In this document: piece after piece, positions 28,532-36,897 of the stretch | Layout: each line of letters starts with the position of its first letter | How positions within the stretch are numbered: position 1 is the stretch's first letter | Source: Candidatus Multivoradales bacterium | GTDB taxonomy: Bacteria > Acidobacteriota > Thermoanaerobaculia > Multivoradales > Multivoraceae | Length of the DNA stretch: 64,000 nucleotides | Assembly (NCBI GenBank): GCA_965223325.1 | Contig: CBDCWI010000002.1 | Coordinates: forward strand, 712,351-776,350 | Direction: 5' to 3' | Position numbers and translations under genes: made by a program | The notes under the pieces: generated by a model | Databases searched by the model: none | Told to the model about the DNA's origin: nothing | What the model saw: the letters and a program-made list of their open reading frames with translations, nothing else

Positions 28532-29139
28532 GCGCGGTCACCCGACCGCACCGGCTGACGCGCAAACAGCGCCACCCCGGTATCCCAGTTCATCTCGATG
28601 CCGACGAAGTCGGAGCGTCTACTTAGGGCCTGGCGCAACCGCACAACGTTGTGCTCGTGACCCTCGGGCCAGTTCGGCTGGGGCAGGAGATCGTCAATGA
28701 CGTAGAGACCACCTGGCGCCACCAGATCGAGCGCAGGATCGAGATGGCTGATCTTGCCCGGCCAGGCATCGGCAAAGACGAGATCGAAACCACCCGGTGC
28801 GCGCGCGGCCAGAGCGCCTCCTTCGAGCAACTCCGCGCCGTCACCAACGAGAAACTCAACGCGTGGATCGTCGCCGACGACCTCGCGAGCGCTCGCCGAC
28901 AGCCGCTGATCGATCTCTACGGTGACCAGAGACGACACCTCGCACATGCCAGCCAACAGGCACACCGCGGCCGAGCCCAGCCCGGTGCCGAGCTCGAGAA
29001 AACGACCCTCGGGTCGGGCGGCCGCGAGGACCATCAAGAGATCACCGGTGGCTGGACTCGAGACCATGTCGAAGTCACGCTCTTTCGCCCGCCTCGAGAT
29101 CTCGTCCAGGCATCCTCTGCGGTCGCTCTCTCGAATCAA
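28528..29139 (-). CDS. Class I SAM-dependent O-methyltransferase
   Basis: LELGTGLG, FDLVFADAWPGK and PGGLYVIDD motifs. Confidence 0.85.
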   Translation of the reverse strand: MIRESDRRGCLDEISRRAKERDFDMVSSPATGDLLMVLAAARPEGRFLELGTGLGSAAVCLLAGMCEVSSLVTVEIDQRLSASAREVVGDDPRVEFLVGDGAELLEGGALAARAPGGFDLVFADAWPGKISHLDPALDLVAPGGLYVIDDLLPQPNWPEGHEHNVVRLRQALSRRSDFVGIEMNWDTGVALFARQPVRSGDRA

Positions 29140-29870
29140 GGCGAGGTTTTCTCTCGCAACTCAGCGTTGAGGCACCAGGAAAGCTCAGACAGCCGTTCGA
29201 AGTGCGCTGTCCAACCGTGCTCTTCGAGTGCTATCTGATCGAGCTCGACCTGCCAGAAGAACTCCTCGCAGACTTCATCAGCCAGTGCGGCTCTCCCGTC
29301 GCCTCGATAACCGGCCAGGATCTCCTTTTCGGCCAAGAGGTTCTCGAACATCAGGTCGCCAACCAGGAAACGACCACCCGGGCGGACCAGTCTGGCCAGT
29401 GCGCCAAACAGGGCATCACGCTCGTCCGGCATCAGGTGATGAATCGCATAGGTACTGACAGCGGCGTCGAACCTGCGCTCTGGTGTTCTAGAGGCCGCGC
29501 GATCAACGCAGAACTCGAGGAGATCCTGCGAGCACCACTCAACCGTCACCGCACGCAACCCCGGGTGCTGCCCACTGCTCTCTAGCGCCTCGAGCTTGCG
29601 ACGCGCGAGGTCGGTCATCGCGCGTGAAATATCCACCGCGACCACTCGCCCCTCCCCCGACATCCGGCGCGCCAGCTCGAGGGTCAGGTTGCCGGTCCCC
29701 GAGCCCAGTTCGAGGAGCTGACAGCCGTCGTGGGTCGGTGTTCGCGCGGCAACCCATTCGAGGACCAGGGGGTAGCCAGTGCGAATCGGATCGGCCGAGT
29801 TCAGGACGTCGACGTCGTAGCCGTCGGCATCTTCATCGTGATTGAAGCGATCTACGTGCTGGGAGCGCAT
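29136..29870 (-). CDS. Class I SAM-dependent methyltransferase
   Basis: LELGSGTGNL, VDISRAM, STYAIHHL and PGGRFLVGD motifs. Confidence 0.85.
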   Translation of the reverse strand: MRSQHVDRFNHDEDADGYDVDVLNSADPIRTGYPLVLEWVAARTPTHDGCQLLELGSGTGNLTLELARRMSGEGRVVAVDISRAMTDLARRKLEALESSGQHPGLRAVTVEWCSQDLLEFCVDRAASRTPERRFDAAVSTYAIHHLMPDERDALFGALARLVRPGGRFLVGDLMFENLLAEKEILAGYRGDGRAALADEVCEEFFWQVELDQIALEEHGWTAHFERLSELSWCLNAELREKTSP

Positions 29871-29895
29871 GTTTTTTTGGTTGCCTTTCCTGGCG

Positions 29896-30291
29896 TCACA
29901 GCGCCAGGCGATGGCCGACCCACACGGCGGCCATACCGAGGGCGAGGTGTAGCCCGATGTAGAGCGCAACCCTGCCCCCGCTGCCGGCCCCGGACCCGGC
30001 CTCGAGCAGTCTGAGGGTGTCGAGTGCGAAAGTCGAATAGGTAGTGAAGCCTCCCAGGACGCCGGTCACCGCAAAGGCTCGCAAGCGAGCGTGCTCGAGC
30101 CCGGTGCCATCGAGGTGCCCCACCAGCATCCCGATCGCCAGGCAGCCCAGGAGGTTCACCGTCAAGGTTCCCCAGGGCAGGAGTGCACCACCCGCAAACC
30201 GCGTCACCGCAAGGCCCACCAGGTAGCGCAACGCTGCTCCTACCCCGCCGCCAAGGGCGACCAGAACCACCATCAGACCCTGCACGCTCAT
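29896..30291 (-). CDS. crcB: Fluoride channel Fluc/CrcB
   Basis: GGGVGAALRY, PWGTLTVNLLG and GVLGGFTTYSTF motifs. Confidence 0.95.
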   Translation of the reverse strand: MSVQGLMVVLVALGGGVGAALRYLVGLAVTRFAGGALLPWGTLTVNLLGCLAIGMLVGHLDGTGLEHARLRAFAVTGVLGGFTTYSTFALDTLRLLEAGSGAGSGGRVALYIGLHLALGMAAVWVGHRLAL

Positions 30292-30380
30292 AGGCGGAGG
30301 ATAACGCCCCTGGCTCTTCGCCGTGATGCCGCTCGACGCTTCCTCCTGACCCCTGGGCCTGCGCTACTCTACGAACCATC

Positions 30381-31559
30381 ATGGACCTGACCATCTCGAA
30401 GAAGTACGAGCCTCTCCGTAGCGAGATTCGCGAGTTCCTCGACGCCCACCAGAAGCAGGCAGTCTCCGACAACGTCGGCGCTGGCGACGAGGAGGCCGCC
30501 CGGGGTTGGCAGAAGCTGTTGTTCGACCACGGCTACGTCGGCCGCACGATCCCCGCCGACTATGGCGGCGCCGGCCTCGAACCGGACCTCTTAGAAGCGA
30601 TCGTGATCGAGGAGGAGTTCCGAAAGGCACGCGTATCGCTCGGCTTGCACAACCAGGGCATCGACATGTTCGTGCCGACGGTTCTCCATTTCGGAACCGA
30701 AGAGCAGAAACGCGCCTACATCGGACCCACCATTCGCGGCGAGATGATCTGGTGCCAGGGCTACAGCGAGCCCGGCTCGGGCAGCGACCTGGCCTCGCTG
30801 ACCACCCGTGGCGAGCTCGACGGAGACGAGTACGTCATCAACGGTCAGAAGATCTGGACCAGCACAGCCGCTCAAGCCGACATGATGTTCGGTCTCTTTC
30901 GCACCGAGAAGGACGCCGGCAAACACGCTGGCATCTCCTACATGGTGCTGTCGATGGACACCCCGGGCATCGACGTCCGGCCGCTCAAGACGATGAACGG
31001 CGACAAGACCTTCAACGAAGTGTTCTTCACCAACGTCCGGGTTCCGCGCAAGAACGTCATCGGTAACCCGGGACAAGGCTGGGAGATCGGCACCTACACA
31101 CTGCGCCATGAGCGTCACATGCTGGGTCGACCGCAGGGCTCGCGGCGCTACCTCGAGAGCGCCGTCTCTGTACTCACCGATACCGGCAAGATCGACGACC
31201 CTCTCTTCCGCGAGCGGCTGATCCGGCTCGAGGCCAAAGTGATGGCGCTCGAGTTCCACGCCATGCGGCTGGTGACCGACGACCTCCAGAAGCGTGACTC
31301 GGGCGTCGCCGGCCTGGTGGTCAAGCTCTACGGCTGCCAACTCAACTACGACCTCTGCGCGCTGGCCATCGACGCCCTGGGCGAGCGCGGTCTGCTCAAG
31401 CCAGGCTCGCGCAACGTGCGTGACCACGGCGCCTGGCAGCAGAACTACATGTACGCCCTCGGCCTCATCATCGGCGGCGGCACCGCCCAGATTCAAAAGA
31501 ACATCATCAGCGAAGTAGGGCTCGGCATGCCCCGCGAACCCAAGGTTCGCGCCTCCTGA
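30381..31559 (+). CDS. Acyl-CoA dehydrogenase (FadE26/29-like catalytic subunit)
   Basis: WCQGYSEPGSGSDLASL, INGQKIWTS, FNEVFFTNVRVP, LRHER and IGGGTAQIQKN motifs. Confidence 0.93.
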   Translation: MDLTISKKYEPLRSEIREFLDAHQKQAVSDNVGAGDEEAARGWQKLLFDHGYVGRTIPADYGGAGLEPDLLEAIVIEEEFRKARVSLGLHNQGIDMFVPTVLHFGTEEQKRAYIGPTIRGEMIWCQGYSEPGSGSDLASLTTRGELDGDEYVINGQKIWTSTAAQADMMFGLFRTEKDAGKHAGISYMVLSMDTPGIDVRPLKTMNGDKTFNEVFFTNVRVPRKNVIGNPGQGWEIGTYTLRHERHMLGRPQGSRRYLESAVSVLTDTGKIDDPLFRERLIRLEAKVMALEFHAMRLVTDDLQKRDSGVAGLVVKLYGCQLNYDLCALAIDALGERGLLKPGSRNVRDHGAWQQNYMYALGLIIGGGTAQIQKNIISEVGLGMPREPKVRAS

Positions 31560-31578
31560 GGCTTCTGGAGCAACACCA

Positions 31579-32631
31579 ATGGAATTCGGCCTCTCACAGC
31601 CTCAGACCATGCTGCGCGATGCGATCGCGCAGTACGTGGCCCAGGAAGTACCGGTCTCGCGGGTGCGCGAGATCGCCCACGGCCCCGGCTTCGACTCGCG
31701 GTTGCTGGCCAGCCTCGGCAGCCAGGGCGTGCTCGGGCTTCTGATTCCAGAAGAGTACGGTGGCTCGGGCCTCGGCCTCTTCGAAGCTTGCATCGCCGCC
31801 CAGGAGCTTGGACGAGGCGTGACCCCGGTAGCCTTCGACCGCCTGGCGGTCACCACTCCACTGCTCCTGGCAGCCGGTGGTTCAATCGGCCAGAGGAAGA
31901 CCTGGCTCCCTCGAATCGCCGCGGGAGAAGCAACCGTCGTCCCCGTTCTCGACGGTGATGTCACCGTCGAGAACGGACATCTCTCGGGCCGCGCGCTCTT
32001 TGTCCCACACGGCGCCGATGCCAGTGCGTTTCTGGTGGCCGACAACGAAGGCGGTGTACACCTGGCCCCGGCAGGTGCTGCCGGTCTCACCTGCCACGCG
32101 CTCGACAACATCGACGACACGCGGCGACTGGCCGAACTCGGATTCGATGGAGTTGCCGCCGAAGCGCTGGCCGGCGACGCGGCGATCGATCGTGCTCTGC
32201 AGGCGGCGCGCATCGCACTCGCCGCCGACACCCTGGGCGCGAGCCAGCAGGCGCTCGAGATCGCGCGCGACTACGCCCTCGAGCGTCAGCAATTCGGCCG
32301 CATCGTCGGCTCCTACCAGGCCGTCAAGCACATGTGTGCCGAGGTGGCTGCCGATTGCGAGCCGGTACAGGCGCTGGTCTGGTACGCCGCCCATGCCTGG
32401 GACGAAGACCTCGACCTGACCATCTGGCTAGCCCCGCTGGCCAAGGCACACGCCACCGAGGTCGCCACCGAGGCGGTGGCCAAGACCACCCAGGTCTTCG
32501 GCGGTATGGGTTTCACCTGGGAGTGCGATATGCACCTCTACTTCAAACGCGTCGGTCAGAACCGGCAGCTGCTCGGGAGCCCCAGCGATCTGTTCCGCGA
32601 GGCCGCAGCGCTTCGCTATCCGGCGGCCTAG
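31579..32631 (+). CDS. Acyl-CoA dehydrogenase (FadE27/28-like short partner subunit)
   Basis: RQQFGRIVGSYQAVKH and GGMGFTWE..MHLYFKR motifs; lacks the N-terminal SEP motif. Confidence 0.9.
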   Translation: MEFGLSQPQTMLRDAIAQYVAQEVPVSRVREIAHGPGFDSRLLASLGSQGVLGLLIPEEYGGSGLGLFEACIAAQELGRGVTPVAFDRLAVTTPLLLAAGGSIGQRKTWLPRIAAGEATVVPVLDGDVTVENGHLSGRALFVPHGADASAFLVADNEGGVHLAPAGAAGLTCHALDNIDDTRRLAELGFDGVAAEALAGDAAIDRALQAARIALAADTLGASQQALEIARDYALERQQFGRIVGSYQAVKHMCAEVAADCEPVQALVWYAAHAWDEDLDLTIWLAPLAKAHATEVATEAVAKTTQVFGGMGFTWECDMHLYFKRVGQNRQLLGSPSDLFREAAALRYPAA

Positions 32632-33155
32632 TCGAGGTCGACCAAGACGGGCGGATGGTCGATCGCCTCGAGGAACCGGACCAGATCGCCGCTGGTGATC
32701 GAGGTGGTCATCGTATTGGCCAGCGGATGAAAGTTGAGCGGCTCTTCTCCCAGGAGGGCGTGCTCGACGATCATCTCGACCAGGCGACCGTGATCGTTGA
32801 TCAATGCCAACGGCGACACCGCCCCGGGACGCACGCCGAGCACCTCCATGAGTCGCTCCGGACTGGCGAACGAAAACCGCGACGCCGCAAGCGCGGCCGC
32901 CAGCGCTTTCAGGTTGACGGCCTGGCTGGCTCGGCACGAGTAGAGCACCAGGCGGCCCTTCTTCGTCGACAGGAGGAGGTTCTTGGTGTGGGCACCTGAC
33001 AACTCACCCCACCGCTCGAGTGACTCGGCGACCGTCCAGATCGGCTCGTGCTCGACGGTGCCGACCACGATCCCCAGTTCATCGAAGAGACCGAAGAGCT
33101 CGTCGGGCCCGACCGGAAGCGAGCCATCCGCCAACCTGTACTCCACGTCCTTCAT
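32628..33155 (-). CDS. proX: YbaK/ProX-family aminoacyl-tRNA editing (deacylase) protein
   Basis: HTKNLLL, FSFASPERL..LGVRPGAVSP and NFHPLANTMT motifs. Confidence 0.85.
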   Translation of the reverse strand: MKDVEYRLADGSLPVGPDELFGLFDELGIVVGTVEHEPIWTVAESLERWGELSGAHTKNLLLSTKKGRLVLYSCRASQAVNLKALAAALAASRFSFASPERLMEVLGVRPGAVSPLALINDHGRLVEMIVEHALLGEEPLNFHPLANTMTTSITSGDLVRFLEAIDHPPVLVDLD

Positions 33156-33181
33156 CGACAGGAGGCGCGGCCGCTCGAACC

Positions 33182-34267
33182 TCAGTCGTCTGAGGTGCTA
33201 CCCGACTTCTTCGCCAGCGCCTCACTCTCGAGCAGGCGAGCACCGCGCAGAATGCCGTCCATGGCGTAGTTGCCTTCGTGGCAGGCGTACTCGTAGACCT
33301 TCTCATCGCTGGTGCGCCAGACGTACTCACCACTCCACGGCGCCGTCCACACCGAGGGGTCGTCCATGGTGAAGCGATAGAGCAGATTGCCGTCCTCGAG
33401 GCGCGAGAAGCGCTCGGTCACAACCGCGTTCTCGGAGCCCCCACGCATCAGAGCGTCGGGCCGGAAGTTGGTGGTCTCGACGACCAGCGTGTCGCCTTCC
33501 CACCAACCAATCGAGTCACCGAGCCACGAAAGCGTCGCAGCCGGCGCGTGCTCCGAGTTCATGCGCACGATGCGTGCGTCGTGCACCATCTCGATGAGAA
33601 TCATCACATGCGTATCGGTCTGGATGATGCGCTTGTAGTTGTTGTAGAGGCTCGGGAATGTCGGTGCAGCACCCGTGAAACCGAGAAGACAACGCTCGGC
33701 GATGCCCAGAGACTCTGGACCATCGTAGGGCCCCGGACCATCGAGCTCGAGCCACCAGGCGGTGCCATCGTTGGGGCGCCGGAGCTTGGCACGCTCCGCC
33801 ATCCGCTCGATGGCAGCCTCGGTCGGCGGTGGCATGCGGCCGTCTTTCGGGTCGGTGATGATCGAGGTGCGGAACTTGCCGTCGACGGAGAACACCTCGG
33901 TTCCACGATCGGTCCAGAAGTTGTTGTAGCCGCCCACGTTGCCCGCACCACTGACCTCGCGTGCCTCGTCGTCGTATCCGATCGGTGGCGCACCGCCAGC
34001 GGGAGGTGCTTCGTCTACCGGGCCGCGATTGCGCTCACGCCGAAGAACCCGCTGGCGCTCCTTCTCCATGATCTCTTCGGCCGCCTCGCGGGTGAGCTCG
34101 AGGTTGGTGCCGAACTCTCTGGGACGCTGAAGCGGCGTGAGGGTCGAGACGTCGTAGGTGCCCGAGAGATCAGGACGCCCGTCGGCGGAGCGTGTGCCGG
34201 CCTCTTGCGCCTGACCAGGGAGTGCGAGCAAAAGGCCAGCGACCAGAACCATCAAGGTGCGAAACAT
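33182..34267 (-). CDS. Conserved secreted hypothetical protein (PDLSG.Y...YEYACHEGNY type)
   Basis: Signal peptide; PDLSGTY, ERCLLG, SIGWWEGDTLVVETTNF and YEYACHEGNY motifs. Confidence 0.85.
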   Translation of the reverse strand: MFRTLMVLVAGLLLALPGQAQEAGTRSADGRPDLSGTYDVSTLTPLQRPREFGTNLELTREAAEEIMEKERQRVLRRERNRGPVDEAPPAGGAPPIGYDDEAREVSGAGNVGGYNNFWTDRGTEVFSVDGKFRTSIITDPKDGRMPPPTEAAIERMAERAKLRRPNDGTAWWLELDGPGPYDGPESLGIAERCLLGFTGAAPTFPSLYNNYKRIIQTDTHVMILIEMVHDARIVRMNSEHAPAATLSWLGDSIGWWEGDTLVVETTNFRPDALMRGGSENAVVTERFSRLEDGNLLYRFTMDDPSVWTAPWSGEYVWRTSDEKVYEYACHEGNYAMDGILRGARLLESEALAKKSGSTSDD

Positions 34268-34350
34268 GTCAAGACCTCCGGTGTTTCGCTCATCCTAGAC
34301 CAACAGTCATCAACGAGCCGAAGCGCTTCCACTTTGGCTCTTCAAGCAAC

Positions 34351-34395
34351 AGAAAACCCCGACCCGCGCCGACGAATCGCGGGCGAATCGGGGTT
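34351..34395 (-). terminator. Probable terminator downstream of the OmpA gene
   Basis: Imperfect stem aaccccga...tcggggtt with a TTTTCT tail on the minus strand. Confidence 0.5.
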
Positions 34396-34419
34396 CCGTT
34401 GAAAAGACGGCGAAAGCCG

Positions 34420-34977
34420 TCAGCGACGGATGTGGACCTCGACGCGGCGCGCCTCTTCGAGATCACCACTGCCGGTGGTGAAGAGGGGCTTGCGCAAGTC
34501 GATACGGTCGGCCGGGACCCCGAGCGCGATGAGCTTGGAGCGCACCGAGAGCGCCCGGTTGCGCGCCAGCTCGTCGTTATGGGCGGCGTCACCGGTCGGG
34601 TCGTGATAGCCCGAGACTGCGGTGATGACGTCGTCGTGTTCGCCCATGTAGGCAACGATTTCCGCCAGCGTCGTGTCGACATCAGCCGGCAGGCTGAACT
34701 CGTCGACGTCGAAGTAGACGCGCGCCGTCGGAACCTCCTCGACATCCACCAGCCCGCGCAGCTTGTCAACGAACGACGGGCCTTCAGGCTCCGGTTCGGG
34801 AGCCGGCACGACGGCCGGTGCGGGCGCCGCGGCGACCGCGGTAGTGCCACAGGTGGGACAGTTGCGGCCGCCTGGGCCGTGACCCATGAGCCAGAGGGCG
34901 AGGGTTAGTAGCGCCAGAAGAATGGCGACGGTGAGCCAGATGGTCCTGAAGGAACTGCCTTCTTGATGGTTACTCAT
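34420..34977 (-). CDS. OmpA-family peptidoglycan-binding membrane protein
   Basis: N-terminal TM, Pro/Ala linker, VYFDVD, SGYHDPTG..HNDELARNRA.SV and ARRVE motifs. Confidence 0.9.
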   Translation of the reverse strand: MSNHQEGSSFRTIWLTVAILLALLTLALWLMGHGPGGRNCPTCGTTAVAAAPAPAVVPAPEPEPEGPSFVDKLRGLVDVEEVPTARVYFDVDEFSLPADVDTTLAEIVAYMGEHDDVITAVSGYHDPTGDAAHNDELARNRALSVRSKLIALGVPADRIDLRKPLFTTGSGDLEEARRVEVHIRR

Positions 34978-34995
34978 TTTTTTCCTTCCTAGCGA

Positions 34996-35679
34996 TCAGC
35001 GGCGCACGCCGCCATCGAGCACATCCTGGAGGATCTTCAGAGCCTTCCACCGGTTGTAGGCCGCGAGCATCGCCTGCTCCGGCCACGTACCTGGATCCGC
35101 GAGTTTGAAGTTCGGTCCCGCGGCGTCGAGAACCCGCTGCAAGCGTGGAATCTCGGCCCGGGAAAGTTCCATGAACGTCTTCACACCGTCCTCGTTGAGG
35201 AGCTCCTCGATCTTCGGGCCGATTCCCTCGATGATCTTGAGGTCATCGGGGCCCATGATCTCGAAGCCAGCAGCACGCGCCGCGGCCAGGTCGATGGTGG
35301 GTCCGAGCTCAAACGCCTTGAGGCGCGCTTCGAGCGCGGAGATTCTCGACAGGTGCGCCGGGTTGTCGACCTCGACGGTCTTCTCGACGATCTTCTCAAC
35401 CGTCTGCGGAGCACGTGCCTCGAGTTCGGCGATCTTGGCGACGAGCGCCGGGTTGTCGACCTCGACGACCTTCTCGACCTCGACGATCTTCTCAACGGTG
35501 TCGGGCGTACGAGCCTCGAGCTCGGCGATCTTCGCAATGTGGGCAGGGTTGTCGATCTCGACCTTTCGCTCGACGATCTTCTCCACCTCTATTTGGGGTC
35601 GCTTCAGCAAGCCGCTGAGCAACCACGCACCGAGCGCACCAGCAAGGTACGGCCAGAGTGCGCAAAGAAAGGAAGCCAT
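34996..35679 (-). CDS. Membrane-anchored protein with three VEKIVE..VDNPA repeats and a C-terminal helix-hairpin-helix (DDLKIIEGIGPK) domain
   Basis: Three repeats of about 30 aa; DDLKIIEGIGPKIEELL and DPGTWPEQA motifs. Confidence 0.8.
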   Translation of the reverse strand: MASFLCALWPYLAGALGAWLLSGLLKRPQIEVEKIVERKVEIDNPAHIAKIAELEARTPDTVEKIVEVEKVVEVDNPALVAKIAELEARAPQTVEKIVEKTVEVDNPAHLSRISALEARLKAFELGPTIDLAAARAAGFEIMGPDDLKIIEGIGPKIEELLNEDGVKTFMELSRAEIPRLQRVLDAAGPNFKLADPGTWPEQAMLAAYNRWKALKILQDVLDGGVRR

Positions 35680-36046
35680 AAATCCTCCATAGGACCCGTC
35701 ACGATGGACGCACGGCGTTCGCTGCCGGTGAGCCCTCCGATCAGTCCTGGTCATAGGTTTTGGGGAAACAGACCTCGATGGTAGAGGGGAGCGGTACCCG
35801 AGGGCAAGCAAGCATGCTGCAGCCGGCCGCAGAGACAACCGCCCGAGGGCCGCAAGTCCTTTGGCCCCTTTGGCTTCGTGAGATCGAGCCGCCCATCTCC
35901 AGAGGTCAAGCAGAACCCCTCGTGTCAGGCAACAACCCTCACAGGCCGCCGGCAGCGGGAGTGCCCCAGCAAGGTTTGAGCCGCGTTTCGCGTCCTCTCA
36001 AGCGAGAGCCCAATGACGGGGAACCTCAAACAAGGGAGAACACGAC

Positions 36047-36583
36047 GTGGGAAAACAGCGAGGATTCGGCAGTCGGAAACTGGGGAGCAGCGCGCTTCGC
36101 AGAACCCTGAGAGAACAGCGGCGCCAACTCGACGAGATGGTCGAGGCACAGCGACGGGAACGAGAAGCGTGGCAGAAGCGGCGGGTGATCCACCCCGCAG
36201 GACCACTGGAGCCGCCCTGGGAGGACCAGGACATGTGGCGCGAGCTCGCGTACCAATTGCACCAGAACGAGGCCCAGTCGACCGACGACGACTGGGACGA
36301 CGATCCCTTCGGGTTCGGCCCCGACGCGTGTCCAACGCTGCGCGAGTACGAGGTCCTCGAGATCTACGAGCACGAAGGGCTGCGGGTGATGGAAACCAGT
36401 TCTGACCCCGAACCCAAGTGTCGTTTGTGGATCCCCGAAGCCGCCGAGTGCTTCACCGTCGGCCAGCGCTTCAACCTGGGCTGGAACGACACTTCTGTCG
36501 GCGTCTGGCCGCCGGCTGGGGACGGGGTCACACCCACCGCACCGAGCGGTGTCGCGTTCCGCTGGGCACCCGGCAGTAGCTGA
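36047..36583 (+). CDS. Hypothetical protein
   Basis: 178-aa ORF with GGGAG RBS before GTG; acidic, no recognised motif. Confidence 0.5.
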   Translation: MGKQRGFGSRKLGSSALRRTLREQRRQLDEMVEAQRREREAWQKRRVIHPAGPLEPPWEDQDMWRELAYQLHQNEAQSTDDDWDDDPFGFGPDACPTLREYEVLEIYEHEGLRVMETSSDPEPKCRLWIPEAAECFTVGQRFNLGWNDTSVGVWPPAGDGVTPTAPSGVAFRWAPGSS

Positions 36584-36630
36584 CCGAGCAGGCAGGCGGC
36601 GGTTGGGGCCTCTGGCCCCTCCCCCGCGCC

Positions 36631-36816
36631 CTACGGCTTCATGTGTTCGTCGTACCAGGCGATCATGCACACCATGCGGCCTTCGATGGAACTCGGCACC
36701 GTGAGGCCGTGGAACTGGCCGTCGGGGCTGAACCTCGGGTGGCCCTCGCTTCCCTTCTTGGTGTGGGTCAGCAGCACCCGAGTCGGACCGTCCGGGCTCA
36801 CCATGAAGAGATCACT
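36631..36816 (-). pseudogene. Remnant resembling PD40 repeat plus C-terminus of an S9 peptidase
   Basis: Minus-strand translation SDLFMVSPDGPTRVLLTHT..SEGHPRFSPDG joined to FHGLTVPS...IAWYDEHMKP*. Confidence 0.5.
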
Positions 36817-36822
36817 GCTCGC

Positions 36823-36897
36823 TTCAACGAGATCTTCGATGATGGTTTCGAGAGCGGCGACTCCGACGCGTGGGACGTCATCTGCGACGGTTGCTAG
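36823..36897 (+). pseudogene. Orphan C-terminal fragment of a secreted protein (IFDDGFESGD..W tail)
   Basis: Translates FNEIFDDGFESGDSDAWDVICDGC* with no plausible upstream body. Confidence 0.55.

Noticed and set aside
30292-30380. Fluoride riboswitch upstream of crcB
   Set aside because: The minus-strand leader lacks the GGNGAUGG..UYCRCC / GCUGAUGAC pseudoknot consensus; the gap is a short divergent promoter.
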